DNA of 64,000 nucleotides from an uncultured bacterium (GTDB taxonomy: Bacteria; Fidelibacterota; Marinisomatia; Marinisomatales; UBA1611). The position numbers were made by a program, and so were the translations under genes. How positions within the stretch are numbered: position 1 is the stretch's first letter; each line of letters opens with the position of its first letter. The notes under the pieces are model-generated. The model saw only the letters and a list, made by a program, of their open reading frames with translations. It had not been told where the DNA came from and did not search any database. This document shows, piece by piece, positions 48,930 through 59,745 of this stretch. The stretch covers positions 256,001-320,000 of the forward strand of contig CALSPG010000005.1 of the NCBI GenBank assembly GCA_943788175.1, written 5' to 3'.

Positions 48930-49640
48930 ATGAAAGCATTTATTTTAGCAGCAGGTGTATCCAGGAGACTTTATCCTGAAACGTATAATACTCCAAAATG
49001 TCTTTTAGATGTTGGAGGGAAGCCAATTATTAATTATCAATTAGAAGCGCTTGAAAATATTGGAATTCAAGATGTGACAATGATTATAGGATATCATCGT
49101 GAAATGTTAGTCAACCACGTAACAAAGCAATTTCCAAAACTGAAGTTTGATTTTATTGTAAACAATCATTATTTTGAAACAAACACTGCTTATTCAGTCT
49201 ACCTAGGTCGGAAAAAACTTGTTACTGATAATCATATTTTAATGAACGCCGATGTAATATACCCACCTGAACTCATAACGAGAATTAATGACTCTTCACA
49301 TGAAACAGTCCTTGCCGTGGACATTAAAAAATGCGGAAGAGAAGAAGTCAAAGTGATTGAAGGGAGTAACTTTAAAATAAGAGCCATAGGAAAAGAACTA
49401 ATTGAAGAACAATGTTTAGGTGAATTTCTTGGCGTGGCTAAATTCTCTTTAGCGTTTAATCATTTATTTTCTGAGTCATTGTCAAAATTAATAAATGCTG
49501 GAGGAAAGTCTGATTATTTTGAGGCTGGTATTGAATCTCTTTTAAGTAAAACGGATGTCTTTTATAGTGATGTGTCTGACCTACCATGCCTTGAAATTGA
49601 TTTTTTAGAGGATTTAAATGAAGCTCGTAAATTATTTTAA
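48930..49640 (+). CDS. Phosphocholine cytidylyltransferase (LicC)-like NTP transferase
   Basis: ILAAGVSRRL, PKCLL, TNTAYS, NADV, GEFLGV, EIDFLED. Confidence 0.8.
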   Translation: MKAFILAAGVSRRLYPETYNTPKCLLDVGGKPIINYQLEALENIGIQDVTMIIGYHREMLVNHVTKQFPKLKFDFIVNNHYFETNTAYSVYLGRKKLVTDNHILMNADVIYPPELITRINDSSHETVLAVDIKKCGREEVKVIEGSNFKIRAIGKELIEEQCLGEFLGVAKFSLAFNHLFSESLSKLINAGGKSDYFEAGIESLLSKTDVFYSDVSDLPCLEIDFLEDLNEARKLF

Positions 49641-49661
49641 ACTAAATAATAGAACATAATA

Positions 49662-50912
49662 ATGGCAAAAGTTTTCCCATTCAAAGGTTGGCGATATAAT
49701 GAAGACAATATTAATCTTTTTGAAGATGTAATTGTCCCCCCATATGATGTAATCACTCGTGAAGAGCAAGAAGAGTATTATAATAAATCTCCTTATAACT
49801 ACATTCGCATTAATTTGAACAATACAATAGGTGAAGAAAAATACGTATCTGCTGAGAACACATTAAATATGTGGATTGGAAGTGGCATATTAGTTGAAGA
49901 ACGTAAGCCTGCAATTTATATTTTATCTCAATCTTTTTTAGTGGATAACGCTAGAGTTGAAAGGATTAGTTGTATATGCGCTTTAACGTTATCTGAGCTA
50001 GGGGATGATGTTCTTGCTCATGAACAAACAATCGATAAGCATTTAGATGACCGTTATAAGTTAATGAGTTCAACTTCTGCAAATACGGGACAAATATTTA
50101 TGAGTTATAAAGATCAAAAAATGACCTTAGAGGAGCTACATCAGAATTTGAAAAGTGACCCATCAATGGAAGCTGATCTTGATGGCGTCTATTATAAATT
50201 ATGGCCCATTACAGATACAGATTCTATAAATAAGTTTGTAGTTAGTTTAAGAGATAAAAAATTAGTTATTGCTGATGGTCATCATCGTTATAAAACTGCT
50301 TTAAAATATTCAAAAAATCATGAAGGTGCTCAATCTGATAAGGTCATGGTAACATTGGTTAACAGTGAAAACCCCGGAATGCAAATTTTACCTACCCATC
50401 GAATTGTAAAAAAATCTAATATTGATATTCAGGAAATTAAAAAAAAAGTAATTGAAAATTTTAATTATAAAGAATTTGATGGGGTTGAACAATTATTAAT
50501 AAGTATGGAAAAATTTAAAACAGATAAAGGATTTTTAGGTTTATTCCATAAGCCCTCAAACATAGGATTCTTGTTAGAGTTTAATGCCTGGGAATTACTT
50601 AAAAATAATAAGAAAGAGAAAAGTAGAGCTTTAGACGAATTGGATACAAATATTTTGCATCAATTTTTATTGAAAGATATCTTTGGAATAGATACAAATA
50701 ATCAAGAAGATTTAGAAAACTTGGCTTATTTAAGAGGGAACAATTCTCCAATAGAAATGTTAGCAAAAGAAGAATATGATGTCGTTTGCTTCGTTAATCC
50801 TCCTTCACTTGATGACGTTTTCACGATTGCAGAAAGCGGTGAGGTGATGCCTCAAAAGTCTACATATTTTTTCCCAAAAGTATATTCTGGTCTAGTGACT
50901 AGGAATTTTTAA
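49662..50912 (+). CDS. DUF1015 family protein
   Basis: PPYDVI, HEQT, IADGHHRY, MPQKSTYFFPK. Confidence 0.92.
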   Translation: MAKVFPFKGWRYNEDNINLFEDVIVPPYDVITREEQEEYYNKSPYNYIRINLNNTIGEEKYVSAENTLNMWIGSGILVEERKPAIYILSQSFLVDNARVERISCICALTLSELGDDVLAHEQTIDKHLDDRYKLMSSTSANTGQIFMSYKDQKMTLEELHQNLKSDPSMEADLDGVYYKLWPITDTDSINKFVVSLRDKKLVIADGHHRYKTALKYSKNHEGAQSDKVMVTLVNSENPGMQILPTHRIVKKSNIDIQEIKKKVIENFNYKEFDGVEQLLISMEKFKTDKGFLGLFHKPSNIGFLLEFNAWELLKNNKKEKSRALDELDTNILHQFLLKDIFGIDTNNQEDLENLAYLRGNNSPIEMLAKEEYDVVCFVNPPSLDDVFTIAESGEVMPQKSTYFFPKVYSGLVTRNF

Positions 50913-50931
50913 AAAACAGGAACACATAAAT

Positions 50932-52204
50932 ATGAATTTATTAAAAAAAGAGCTTGAAAAACTGATACCGGAGACTAAGCAAGATATTAAAACCTTAATA
51001 AAAAATAAGGGCGAAAGTCAAATAAGCACAGTTTCTGTTGCTCAAGCATATTCTGGGTTAAGAGGAATAAAAGCTTTTGTTTGTGATACCTCATCTGTTT
51101 CTGCAGATAAAGGGTTAATTATTCGTGGGTATCCACTTCTCGATATTGTCAATATTCTTCCAGAAGAAGTGTTTTATTTACTTTTAACTGGACGCCTTCC
51201 AAATTCAGAAGAGCTTTCAGATTTGCAAGGGCAGTATCTAATGCATTCTAAAGTTCCAAGCTACGTATGGTCTGTGCTTGAAAAATTACCTAAGGACACT
51301 CATCCAATGACAATGTTTAACCTTGGCATATTGGCGATGCAAAACGAAAGCATCTTTCAAAAAAAGTATGATGAAGGCATGCATAAAAATGAGTTTTGGG
51401 AGTACATCCTTGAAGATGGAATCCAATTGATAGCAAAACTTCCTGAATTAGGAGCAGGTATTTATAGGATGAGATTTAATAAAGGTGACAGAATTGAATC
51501 TAACAAAGATTTAGATTGGTCTGGCAACTTTGTTCATATGATGGGTATGTCTGATCAAGGAAAAGATTTCCAAAAATTAATGCAATTATATTTTATGTTA
51601 CATTGTGACCACGAAGGCGGAAATGTAAGCGCATTTGCTTCGCACACTGTCGCTTCAGCGCTGTCAGATCCTTTTTATTCTGTTTCTGCAGGATTGAATG
51701 GTTTAGCTGGGCCTTTACATGGCTTAGCAAATCAAGAGTGCCTTAAATTCGTTCTAGATATTCAAAAGCATTTTGATGGAGCTCCTACAAAAGAAGAGCT
51801 GAGAAGTTTTTGCTGGGACAGGCTCGAATCAGGTCAGGTCATTCCTGGATATGGGCACGCAGTTTTACGTTGCCCTGATCCTAGGTTTACTGCATTTATT
51901 AATTTTGGTAGAGAACATATTAAAGATGATGATGTTTTTCATATTGTAAATTCTTTATTTGATGTTGCTCCTAAGGTATTAACGGAACAAGGGAAAGCTA
52001 AGAACCCTTGGCCAAATGTTGATGCAGCATCGGGGGTCGCTGCTTTATCATTATGGTTTGAAGGAATTCAATTTTTATACGGTATTATTCAGCATCTCAA
52101 GAAGTATGGGGATGATAGCGCAAATGGTTTGGGAAAGAGCACTTGGGATTCCTATAACACGTCCAAAATCGGTTACGACAGATTGGATAAAAGAAAATTC
52201 CTAA
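50932..52204 (+). CDS. gltA: Citrate (Si)-synthase, eukaryotic type; extra G in the G5 run at 52032-52036
   Basis: [41 protein letters not shown]. The true C-terminus SLLYHYG...PITRPKS is in ORF 52016..52204. Confidence 0.93.
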
Positions 52205-54450
52205 TTCACTTTTTTAAAAAAGGTTTAGTCCTTTTTTTTGTCAACATAAGTTTATTTGCATCAGATAATACTTTCTCCTCGATAAGAGTATGGTATCCAA
52301 GCTCAGAAACTATTAGTGCTATTCAACAAGCTGGTGTTGCTCTAGACCATAGTAGTTCTAGGTCTGATGTGTACATAGATTTTGTAGCATCGAATTATGA
52401 AAAAAAGATTTTATCGAAGATTGGAATTTCATTTGAAATTTTAATTGATGATTTATCAGCATTTTATAAAGAAAGAAGTATTCCCGCAATGAGTAGAAAT
52501 TTTCCTTTAGGTTCTATGCAAGGCAACTATACATGGGATGAATTAAACCAAAGGTTCGATGAGTTAAAAAGTTTATATCCCGAAATTATTTCTGATAAAG
52601 TTGTTTTAGGACAGTCAATTGAGGGGAATGATATATGGGCATTTAAATTGTCAGATAATGCTAATGTTGATGAAGACGAGCCTGAGATTCTTTACACTGG
52701 TCTCACTCATTCTAGAGAACCATTAAGCATGATGAATTTATTTTATTTTGTTCAAAATTTGTGCGAAGGTTATCAATCAAACTCTAGCCTTGAAGCTAAT
52801 TATTTAATTAATGAAAGAGAAATGTGGTTTATCCCTGTAATCAACCCCGATGGTTATATATACAATGAGCAAATTGAGCCTGATGGTGGGGGTATGCATA
52901 GAAAAAATAGAAAAGACACAGGTTGCGGACAGGGCACCCAAAGAGGTGTAGACTTAAATAGAAATTTTAGTTTTGGATGGGGGATAAACGACACAGGTTC
53001 TAGTCCTGACCCTTGCTATGCAACATACAGAGGCGAAGGTGGTTTTTCGGAACCTGAAACTCAAGTTGTTCGAGACTTTATTAATACTAGAGAATTTGTG
53101 AATGTTTTACATTATCATAGTTATGGTAATATGTATATCCATCCTTTCGGAGATGGGTCTTATCCTGATAGTCTAAGCCTCTTGACTTTTCGTGGTTTGG
53201 CTAATGAAATGTCTGATTATAATAATTTTATATTTGGAACAGGTTACGAAACTGTTGGCTACACTGTAAATGGAGATGCTGTTGATTGGGCATACGGAGT
53301 TAAAAATATAATAGCTTATACTCCAGAAGTTGGATTAGCTAGTCAAGGGTTTTGGCCATCTGCTGATGAGGTTGAGTCAATATGTATAAATCAGTTTGAG
53401 CCTAATAAAGTTTTTGCTTTTGTTGCGGGGAGTGATTTTATTCTAGATGAATTTTCTCTTTCGAATGAATTCCAGGCTGGCATTGACAATGAACTTTTAT
53501 TAAATATTAAAAATAGGGGACTCGTTAATTCCTCAGGTCCGGTAGTTGTCTTAATTGAATCATTGACAAATTTAATTGTCATAGATGATTCATTAAAAGA
53601 GATCAGCAGCTTAAGCAGTTGGGAAAATCAAACTTTGGGTTTTGATTTAAGCGTACAAGAACAAATACCCTATTTTTCTGAAGCATCAATTCGACTTGTA
53701 ATTTATGATTCAGAAAGTTATCAATATGAAGATACAATTAACTTTTTTATAGGAACGCCAATATCTATTTACGAAGAAAGTTTTGATTTAGGTTTGGGAG
53801 AATGGGTAGTTGATGGAGACTGGGGTCTAACCGATGAACCTGCAATAGGTTCATACGCATTAACAGATAGTCCGAATGGTGATTATGGCGCGGAACTGAC
53901 TTCAGTTGCGAGGTTAAATGTGGATCTTAATCTAGATTTTATAGCAAACCCTTATGTATCTTTCTCAGCACAATGGGATATTGAAGATGGTTATGATTTC
54001 ATTCGCTTTCAAGCATATTCGGAAGACACTGGATGGATAAGTATGCAAGGTGCATATACAAACACAGGTAATGGAGCATCTGCTCAGCCAATAGGAGAGT
54101 TTGGATATGATGGTATTCAAAGCAATTGGGTAGAAGAGAAGTTCTACCTTGCTCAATTAGGTGGCATTAAACCATCGGCTTTTAGATTTATTCAAAATTC
54201 AGATCAATTTGTTGAAGGCGATGGTTTTGTGGTGGATGCATTTTCAATTAATGGTTATTCAATAGGTAAGCTAGGTGATTATTTCCCTGATGGCGATGTT
54301 AATATATTTGATATTGTGGGTTTGGCTGACCTTATATCTTATGGCACAGAGCCGAGTGAATACACTTTAAGTTTTTGCGACATAGATAGCAATGGGGAAA
54401 TAAATATTTATGATTTGCTTACAATTATTAATTTGGTTTCAAATCAATAA
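52183..54450 (+). CDS. Secreted M14 zinc carboxypeptidase (CPT-like) with C-terminal dockerin-like domain
   Basis: Probable TTG start plus signal peptide. [26 protein letters not shown]. Tail has [13 protein letters not shown] / [12 protein letters not shown] repeats. Confidence 0.87.
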   Translation: MDKRKFLIHFFKKGLVLFFVNISLFASDNTFSSIRVWYPSSETISAIQQAGVALDHSSSRSDVYIDFVASNYEKKILSKIGISFEILIDDLSAFYKERSIPAMSRNFPLGSMQGNYTWDELNQRFDELKSLYPEIISDKVVLGQSIEGNDIWAFKLSDNANVDEDEPEILYTGLTHSREPLSMMNLFYFVQNLCEGYQSNSSLEANYLINEREMWFIPVINPDGYIYNEQIEPDGGGMHRKNRKDTGCGQGTQRGVDLNRNFSFGWGINDTGSSPDPCYATYRGEGGFSEPETQVVRDFINTREFVNVLHYHSYGNMYIHPFGDGSYPDSLSLLTFRGLANEMSDYNNFIFGTGYETVGYTVNGDAVDWAYGVKNIIAYTPEVGLASQGFWPSADEVESICINQFEPNKVFAFVAGSDFILDEFSLSNEFQAGIDNELLLNIKNRGLVNSSGPVVVLIESLTNLIVIDDSLKEISSLSSWENQTLGFDLSVQEQIPYFSEASIRLVIYDSESYQYEDTINFFIGTPISIYEESFDLGLGEWVVDGDWGLTDEPAIGSYALTDSPNGDYGAELTSVARLNVDLNLDFIANPYVSFSAQWDIEDGYDFIRFQAYSEDTGWISMQGAYTNTGNGASAQPIGEFGYDGIQSNWVEEKFYLAQLGGIKPSAFRFIQNSDQFVEGDGFVVDAFSINGYSIGKLGDYFPDGDVNIFDIVGLADLISYGTEPSEYTLSFCDIDSNGEINIYDLLTIINLVSNQ

Positions 54451-56103
54451 ATGAATCTTATTTTTAATATTCTTTTATTTTCATTCCTTGGAGCTCAAAA
54501 TTTTGTATCCTTGGATTTTGAAGCAGGGCGGAGAGGTAAAGAGTATCGAGTCTGGGTATATTTTGATAAAAAAGACAAATCTAAAGTTACTAAATTGGAC
54601 CCAGCTGCAATAAAAAGAAGGGTAAAACACAATATTTTTACCGCGACGAAGTATGACTATAATATCCAAGAGGAATATATAAGAAAGCTTGTAGAAGTTG
54701 GAGCAGAAATAAAAAATCAAAGTCGTTGGCTCAATGCTGTATCCTTAATTGTCGATAGCAATGAACTTGAGCTAATTCAAAAGCTTTCATTTGTAAAAAA
54801 AATCGAACCTGTCAGACAACACAAAAAAAAGAAAGCTATACAAACTGTTGAAAATCAGATATTGGTTAATAGAGATATTGATTATGGTTCGAGTTTTAAT
54901 CAAATAGAACAAATTAATTGTCGCATACCTCACATCGCGGGGTATTATGGGCAGGGTGTAAGAGTTTTATATATAGATACTGGATTCGAACTAAATCATG
55001 AAGCTTATGATTCACTTAATCTCATAGGTCAATATGACTTTATTAATAATGATCAAAATGCTGCAAATGAAACTGATCAAGAAATTCTTGAGAATCAAGA
55101 CGATCACGGTACGCTATGCCTTAGTGTTATGGCTGGCTATTCTCCAGGTAGCCTTATAGGCCCAGCATTTAAATCTGAATATCTATTAGCAAAAACAGAA
55201 ATTATGGCTGAAGAAATCCAGCAAGAAGAGGATAATTATATTGCTGCGCTAGAATGGGGTGAATCTCTGGGAGCGGATATTGCATGTGCTTCATTAGGCT
55301 ATTTAGATTGGTATTCTTATGAAGATTTAGATGGCAATACTGCTGCTACCACCAAAGCGATTGATATAGCTTCAGGGCTTGGAGTTTTATGTGTTAATTC
55401 CGCAGGAAATGAAGGTAATGATCCTTGGTATCATATTATAACGCCAGCGGATGCTGATTCAGTTTTATCTGTCGGAGCCGTAGACGCAAATGATATCATC
55501 GCTAATTTTAGCAGTAGAGGTCCAACTTTTGATGGCAGAATTAAACCTGAAGTTTGTGCCATGGGTGTGAGTACATATTGTGTTAGGTCAAATACGGAAA
55601 ATATATATAGGAATGCCTCAGGTACTTCTTTTTCTGCTCCTTTAGCAGCAGGTGCTGCAGCTGTAGTCATGAGTGCAAACCCAGAATGGACAAATATGCA
55701 AGTAAGGGAGGCTCTTATGATGACAGCTTCACAATTTAATAGTCCAGATAATGAATATGGTTATGGCATTCTAAACGCCTGGGCTGCAATCAATTATCAG
55801 TTCACAACGAGTATAAAAGATGAAACCTTTTTACCAGATGTTATATCTGTAGAAAATGCTTACCCGAACCCTTTTAATCCAGAGGTATCAATAAAAATTA
55901 ATGGGTTATCAAACTCTCAACATGTTTCTGTGGGGGTATATGATCTTCACGGAACATTAGTTACGTCTTTGCATAATCAAAAAGTAAGACATAATGTGCT
56001 TATGTTAACTTGGAATGCGGAGATATTTAGTAGTGGTATATATTTGCTACGTACAGATTGGCAATATGGTAATGATACTCAAAAAATCACATTGCTTAAG
56101 TAA
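54451..56103 (+). CDS. S8 subtilisin-like serine peptidase with T9SS-like C-terminal domain
   Basis: Triad IDTG, DHGT, GTSFS. SAGNEG. AYPNPFNP...SGIY...QKITLLK. Confidence 0.92.
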   Translation: MNLIFNILLFSFLGAQNFVSLDFEAGRRGKEYRVWVYFDKKDKSKVTKLDPAAIKRRVKHNIFTATKYDYNIQEEYIRKLVEVGAEIKNQSRWLNAVSLIVDSNELELIQKLSFVKKIEPVRQHKKKKAIQTVENQILVNRDIDYGSSFNQIEQINCRIPHIAGYYGQGVRVLYIDTGFELNHEAYDSLNLIGQYDFINNDQNAANETDQEILENQDDHGTLCLSVMAGYSPGSLIGPAFKSEYLLAKTEIMAEEIQQEEDNYIAALEWGESLGADIACASLGYLDWYSYEDLDGNTAATTKAIDIASGLGVLCVNSAGNEGNDPWYHIITPADADSVLSVGAVDANDIIANFSSRGPTFDGRIKPEVCAMGVSTYCVRSNTENIYRNASGTSFSAPLAAGAAAVVMSANPEWTNMQVREALMMTASQFNSPDNEYGYGILNAWAAINYQFTTSIKDETFLPDVISVENAYPNPFNPEVSIKINGLSNSQHVSVGVYDLHGTLVTSLHNQKVRHNVLMLTWNAEIFSSGIYLLRTDWQYGNDTQKITLLK

Positions 56104-56177
56104 AATCCCTTAAAAATTAAATACTTGCCATATCATTAATTAAGGTCCAAATTTTAGGTATAAACCTATAAATATTC

Positions 56178-57965
56178 ATGGTTAAAAAATTATTCATATA
56201 CATACTATTCTATTTTGGATTGATATGCGGTCTCTGCTCGGAAACGATCTATTCAAGTAATGCCAAAACCAACTCCATTGATTTAAACATCTATGATGGT
56301 CCCAAATCATTACTATTAAATTGGATTGCTTCTGATACAATTCAATCAAAAAGAATTAAAATATTTAGAAAATCTGGTATTGATGGTGAGTTTGAACTAG
56401 TCGCAAATATTCTAGAAAGTAAAAGCATGAATAATAGATATTTGGATGATTCCTGCAAAAATTCAATAAGGTACTTCTACTATGTTGAGATTGTTGATGG
56501 CCTAGGGAATATTTATAAAAGTGATAATTTAAGACCTAGCTTTGGTGCGCTTACAAAGCCTCCTAAGGTTTTATTGAAATCATACAATAATCTATGGGAA
56601 CTTTTTGTGACCGTGTTAAGAAATTCTATATTGAAATCAAATCCTGAAGCAAACTATGATCACATCCATGCTATCACGAACTTATTATCTAAGCAAGGCA
56701 GTAATAAAAACACATGGGTTGATAATTTTCCTATACAGTATTTAAATGGTGCCAAGAGCATTATTGAAAATCAAGAAATCAATTATTTTGGAAATAATTT
56801 CTTTGATCAATTTCAAAAATATGAAGAATTACATCGTAATCAATTTTTTCTAACCCCTTCAGAATGGGACTCTGAGTTAAAAAATAATTTTATATTTGCC
56901 AAGGAAAAATGGTTTTTATTAAAAGACTCTTTTGAAGATTATAAAAATATTATAGGTAGTTTACCTTCAGTATTTATTTTAGCTGCTGAAAAAGGGTTTG
57001 AAGATAGGAACGAAGTTAAATTGTTGGTTGTTGATTTTGAAATGCTCACTCAGCAAAAAGTTAACTTATCACATTTTGAGGAAAGTATTGAAGTCGACCT
57101 TTCTAATATGCTTGATTCAAAAACTATTATTTCTATAAATACGCCAAGCGATTGGGACTTCGTAAAACTAAATATTGATGATCTAGAAGTTGATAGAATT
57201 GATTTTATCAACAATAAGAAAGTTATGAAAACCTTGGCTCAAGAAATAGTGTTGACTGATAAGCCGCATCTTACAATGTCCAAAGAAAATTCAGAAATCT
57301 GGCTGAATGAATTTTATTGGAATCCTATTACTTCAAATATCACCGTAGAAGTTGCTGGTATTTATACAGGATTAAATAGCTATATTATTTCTATAGATGG
57401 GGAAGAAATCTGGAGTCTCGATCTAGATCCTTCATTTGACATGCAGTATATAGATTCTACTTTCAATCTTAAACTTGATAGTATGATTGATAATGTTATG
57501 GAATTTAAAATCAAAGGTGAAAATAACACTTCTCGCTCATTAGAAGTTGTTAAGCTATCAAAAGCAGAGTCTATTAGTAATCATCGTTTTCCTGACGGTG
57601 AAGCTTGGCGAAAATCAAGCAAAAATTCTTTTGGTTCTAAAAACATTGATAAAAAAACCATGATGGATTCTAGTTTAATACCCGAGCTTTTTGTTTTATA
57701 TCAGAATTACCCGAACCCATTTAACAGTAATACAAGAATTTCATTTGATTTGCTTCAGGATGCCACACTATCTCTCTATGTAACAGACGCGACGGGGCGA
57801 ATTAAAACAATATTCTCTGATCGAGAATTTTATAATAGTGGAAAATATAGTTTTGATTGGAATGCGGAAATTTTTTCAACGGGTGTTTATTTTTTCACTA
57901 TAAATGCTGAAGTAGATGGTTATGCCTCAGTCATTTTTAGCCGAAAAATGATATACCTTAAGTAG
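56178..57965 (+). CDS. Secreted protein with FN3-like N-terminus and T9SS type A-like C-terminal domain
   Basis: Signal peptide, LNW...YFYYV, QNYPNPFN...STGVYF...RKMIYLK. Confidence 0.75.
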   Translation: MVKKLFIYILFYFGLICGLCSETIYSSNAKTNSIDLNIYDGPKSLLLNWIASDTIQSKRIKIFRKSGIDGEFELVANILESKSMNNRYLDDSCKNSIRYFYYVEIVDGLGNIYKSDNLRPSFGALTKPPKVLLKSYNNLWELFVTVLRNSILKSNPEANYDHIHAITNLLSKQGSNKNTWVDNFPIQYLNGAKSIIENQEINYFGNNFFDQFQKYEELHRNQFFLTPSEWDSELKNNFIFAKEKWFLLKDSFEDYKNIIGSLPSVFILAAEKGFEDRNEVKLLVVDFEMLTQQKVNLSHFEESIEVDLSNMLDSKTIISINTPSDWDFVKLNIDDLEVDRIDFINNKKVMKTLAQEIVLTDKPHLTMSKENSEIWLNEFYWNPITSNITVEVAGIYTGLNSYIISIDGEEIWSLDLDPSFDMQYIDSTFNLKLDSMIDNVMEFKIKGENNTSRSLEVVKLSKAESISNHRFPDGEAWRKSSKNSFGSKNIDKKTMMDSSLIPELFVLYQNYPNPFNSNTRISFDLLQDATLSLYVTDATGRIKTIFSDREFYNSGKYSFDWNAEIFSTGVYFFTINAEVDGYASVIFSRKMIYLK

Positions 57966-58003
57966 TAATATTTGTTTTTTTTAGATAAATATTTTTTATT
58001 TGA

Positions 58004-58756
58004 ATGAAAAAATTATCCGTAATTATATTATTAGCAGTCTTGTTTTTTATTGTTGGTTGTGCTTCTCACCCTGTTGTACATCCTGGGACTTTAAAAAAAA
58101 ATGAACAAGTTTGGGGTTATTCCTTAGCTGCAGAAAATGTTTTGCCAGTTGTTTGGTTCAGAAAAGGCTTAGATGCGAAAACAGAAATAGGTTACAGGGT
58201 CGGATTACCGATATATGGTACGGGAGTTGATCTCAGTAGAGTGGTAATGCGTCGAGAAAAATCATGGGACGTAATGAATTTTTCATGGAGTTATAATCCA
58301 AATCGCAATATCGATATCACGTATTATCGGTTTAAAGAAAAATCGGGTGGCCTCTTTTCAAAAATGAAAAAGAAAAAACAAGAAACGCCTTCTATTTCAT
58401 GGAAAGGGACTCGGTTTATGCTCATTCCAGAGGGGATTACACCTGATGGAAAATCAAGTATGCGTCTAGGGTTTTTGAGGGGTGGTAAAATTTCTGAAAA
58501 ATTTGGATACGAGATTGGTTATTACCACGATTTTAATGCGATGCCATTGTCAAAAGTTTTTGACTCGAAGTGGAATGTCACTGGCGAGGATTGGCAGACT
58601 TCCACTCGTTTAGATTCATCATATGACGGGAGGTATAATGATTATGACCCGATGTTCCCTGGAAAAGGTTCTGGTGCTCCTTCAGAGTATTCAAGAGCAA
58701 CGGGTTTTTCACTACAGTTATTTTATTATCTAGGCCGTTATAAAAAGAAGTCATAG
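58004..58756 (+). CDS. Hypothetical lipoprotein
   Basis: Lipobox IVGC, 250-aa ORF. Confidence 0.7.
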   Translation: MKKLSVIILLAVLFFIVGCASHPVVHPGTLKKNEQVWGYSLAAENVLPVVWFRKGLDAKTEIGYRVGLPIYGTGVDLSRVVMRREKSWDVMNFSWSYNPNRNIDITYYRFKEKSGGLFSKMKKKKQETPSISWKGTRFMLIPEGITPDGKSSMRLGFLRGGKISEKFGYEIGYYHDFNAMPLSKVFDSKWNVTGEDWQTSTRLDSSYDGRYNDYDPMFPGKGSGAPSEYSRATGFSLQLFYYLGRYKKKS

Positions 58757-58761
58757 TCTAG

Positions 58762-59745
58762 ATGGGTCATGATTCCTTGTTTAGCCACTTGCTTAAAGGT
58801 GATGCCGAAAAATCTTTTTCATATTTAGAAGATGCCTTAAAGGGAGGGAAAGACCTTATATATTTTTTAGATGAAGTATTATTCACAGCTGCATCTATAA
58901 AATACAAAAACGAGAAGCAGTCACACCCAATAATGACTATAAATTCCATAAAAAATATTATTGGGGATAATAAGTCAACACCCTCCAAAATTTTACTAAA
59001 ATATTGTTTAGATATATGTTTAGAAAATGAAATTGTAGATTACAATAAAAAATTAGATGTAACGTACAGTGAGAGTATTATTCCATCAGTTTTTGTTGGT
59101 GCCTTTGAAGATGCTATTCAATCTGGTAGTTGGGATGAGGTTGAAGAAATGATGTTGAAAATATATTATGCTTCCGATAGGTCGCATTCAATTATTGAAA
59201 CAATAGCAGACCTTGGACTTCAAAATATTGATATAAATGGATTAATGATATTCCATTTATTAAGAGCCTTTAATTTCAAACAAAATAAATCCCATGTTTG
59301 GACATATGCCTCCTGTTTAATCAGTTTTTTAAAAAAAGACGCTCTTCCAAGACCGAGCAAAAGAAAAACTATAAACCCCATGAATTTGATAAAAATAATT
59401 TTAAATCATGATAATATTGATGATATAATAAAATATTCTGCAATGATAAGAATTTGGGAAGGTGACTATGTGCGAATTAGTAGCTATCAAAGAGAAATTT
59501 CTTCGTGGCTTGATATAAAATTTTTAGATCAGAGTATAATTGATGAAAAAAATAAACAGATTTTTTTAAAGGATAGAGTTCAATATAATGATTTTGTGAA
59601 GATTGCTGAATCAATTATTATAAATAAGAGTTCAGTTGAAAAAAAATCAAGAGATATTATTACATTAGATGCTTTAAGATATTTAAAGAATAAAAGTGGT
59701 AATGAAGCGTTTAATTTTTACATAAAGGATTTGTTATCATCATGA
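58762..59745 (+). CDS. Hypothetical protein
   Basis: 327-aa ORF in operon, no motif recognised. Confidence 0.65.
   Translation: MGHDSLFSHLLKGDAEKSFSYLEDALKGGKDLIYFLDEVLFTAASIKYKNEKQSHPIMTINSIKNIIGDNKSTPSKILLKYCLDICLENEIVDYNKKLDVTYSESIIPSVFVGAFEDAIQSGSWDEVEEMMLKIYYASDRSHSIIETIADLGLQNIDINGLMIFHLLRAFNFKQNKSHVWTYASCLISFLKKDALPRPSKRKTINPMNLIKIILNHDNIDDIIKYSAMIRIWEGDYVRISSYQREISSWLDIKFLDQSIIDEKNKQIFLKDRVQYNDFVKIAESIIINKSSVEKKSRDIITLDALRYLKNKSGNEAFNFYIKDLLSS

Noticed and set aside
50932-54450. Apparent 1172-aa citrate synthase-carboxypeptidase fusion
   Set aside because: An extra G in the run at 52032-36 diverts the frame. The real citrate synthase C-terminus is in ORF 52016..52204, and the peptidase has its own signal peptide from about 52183.
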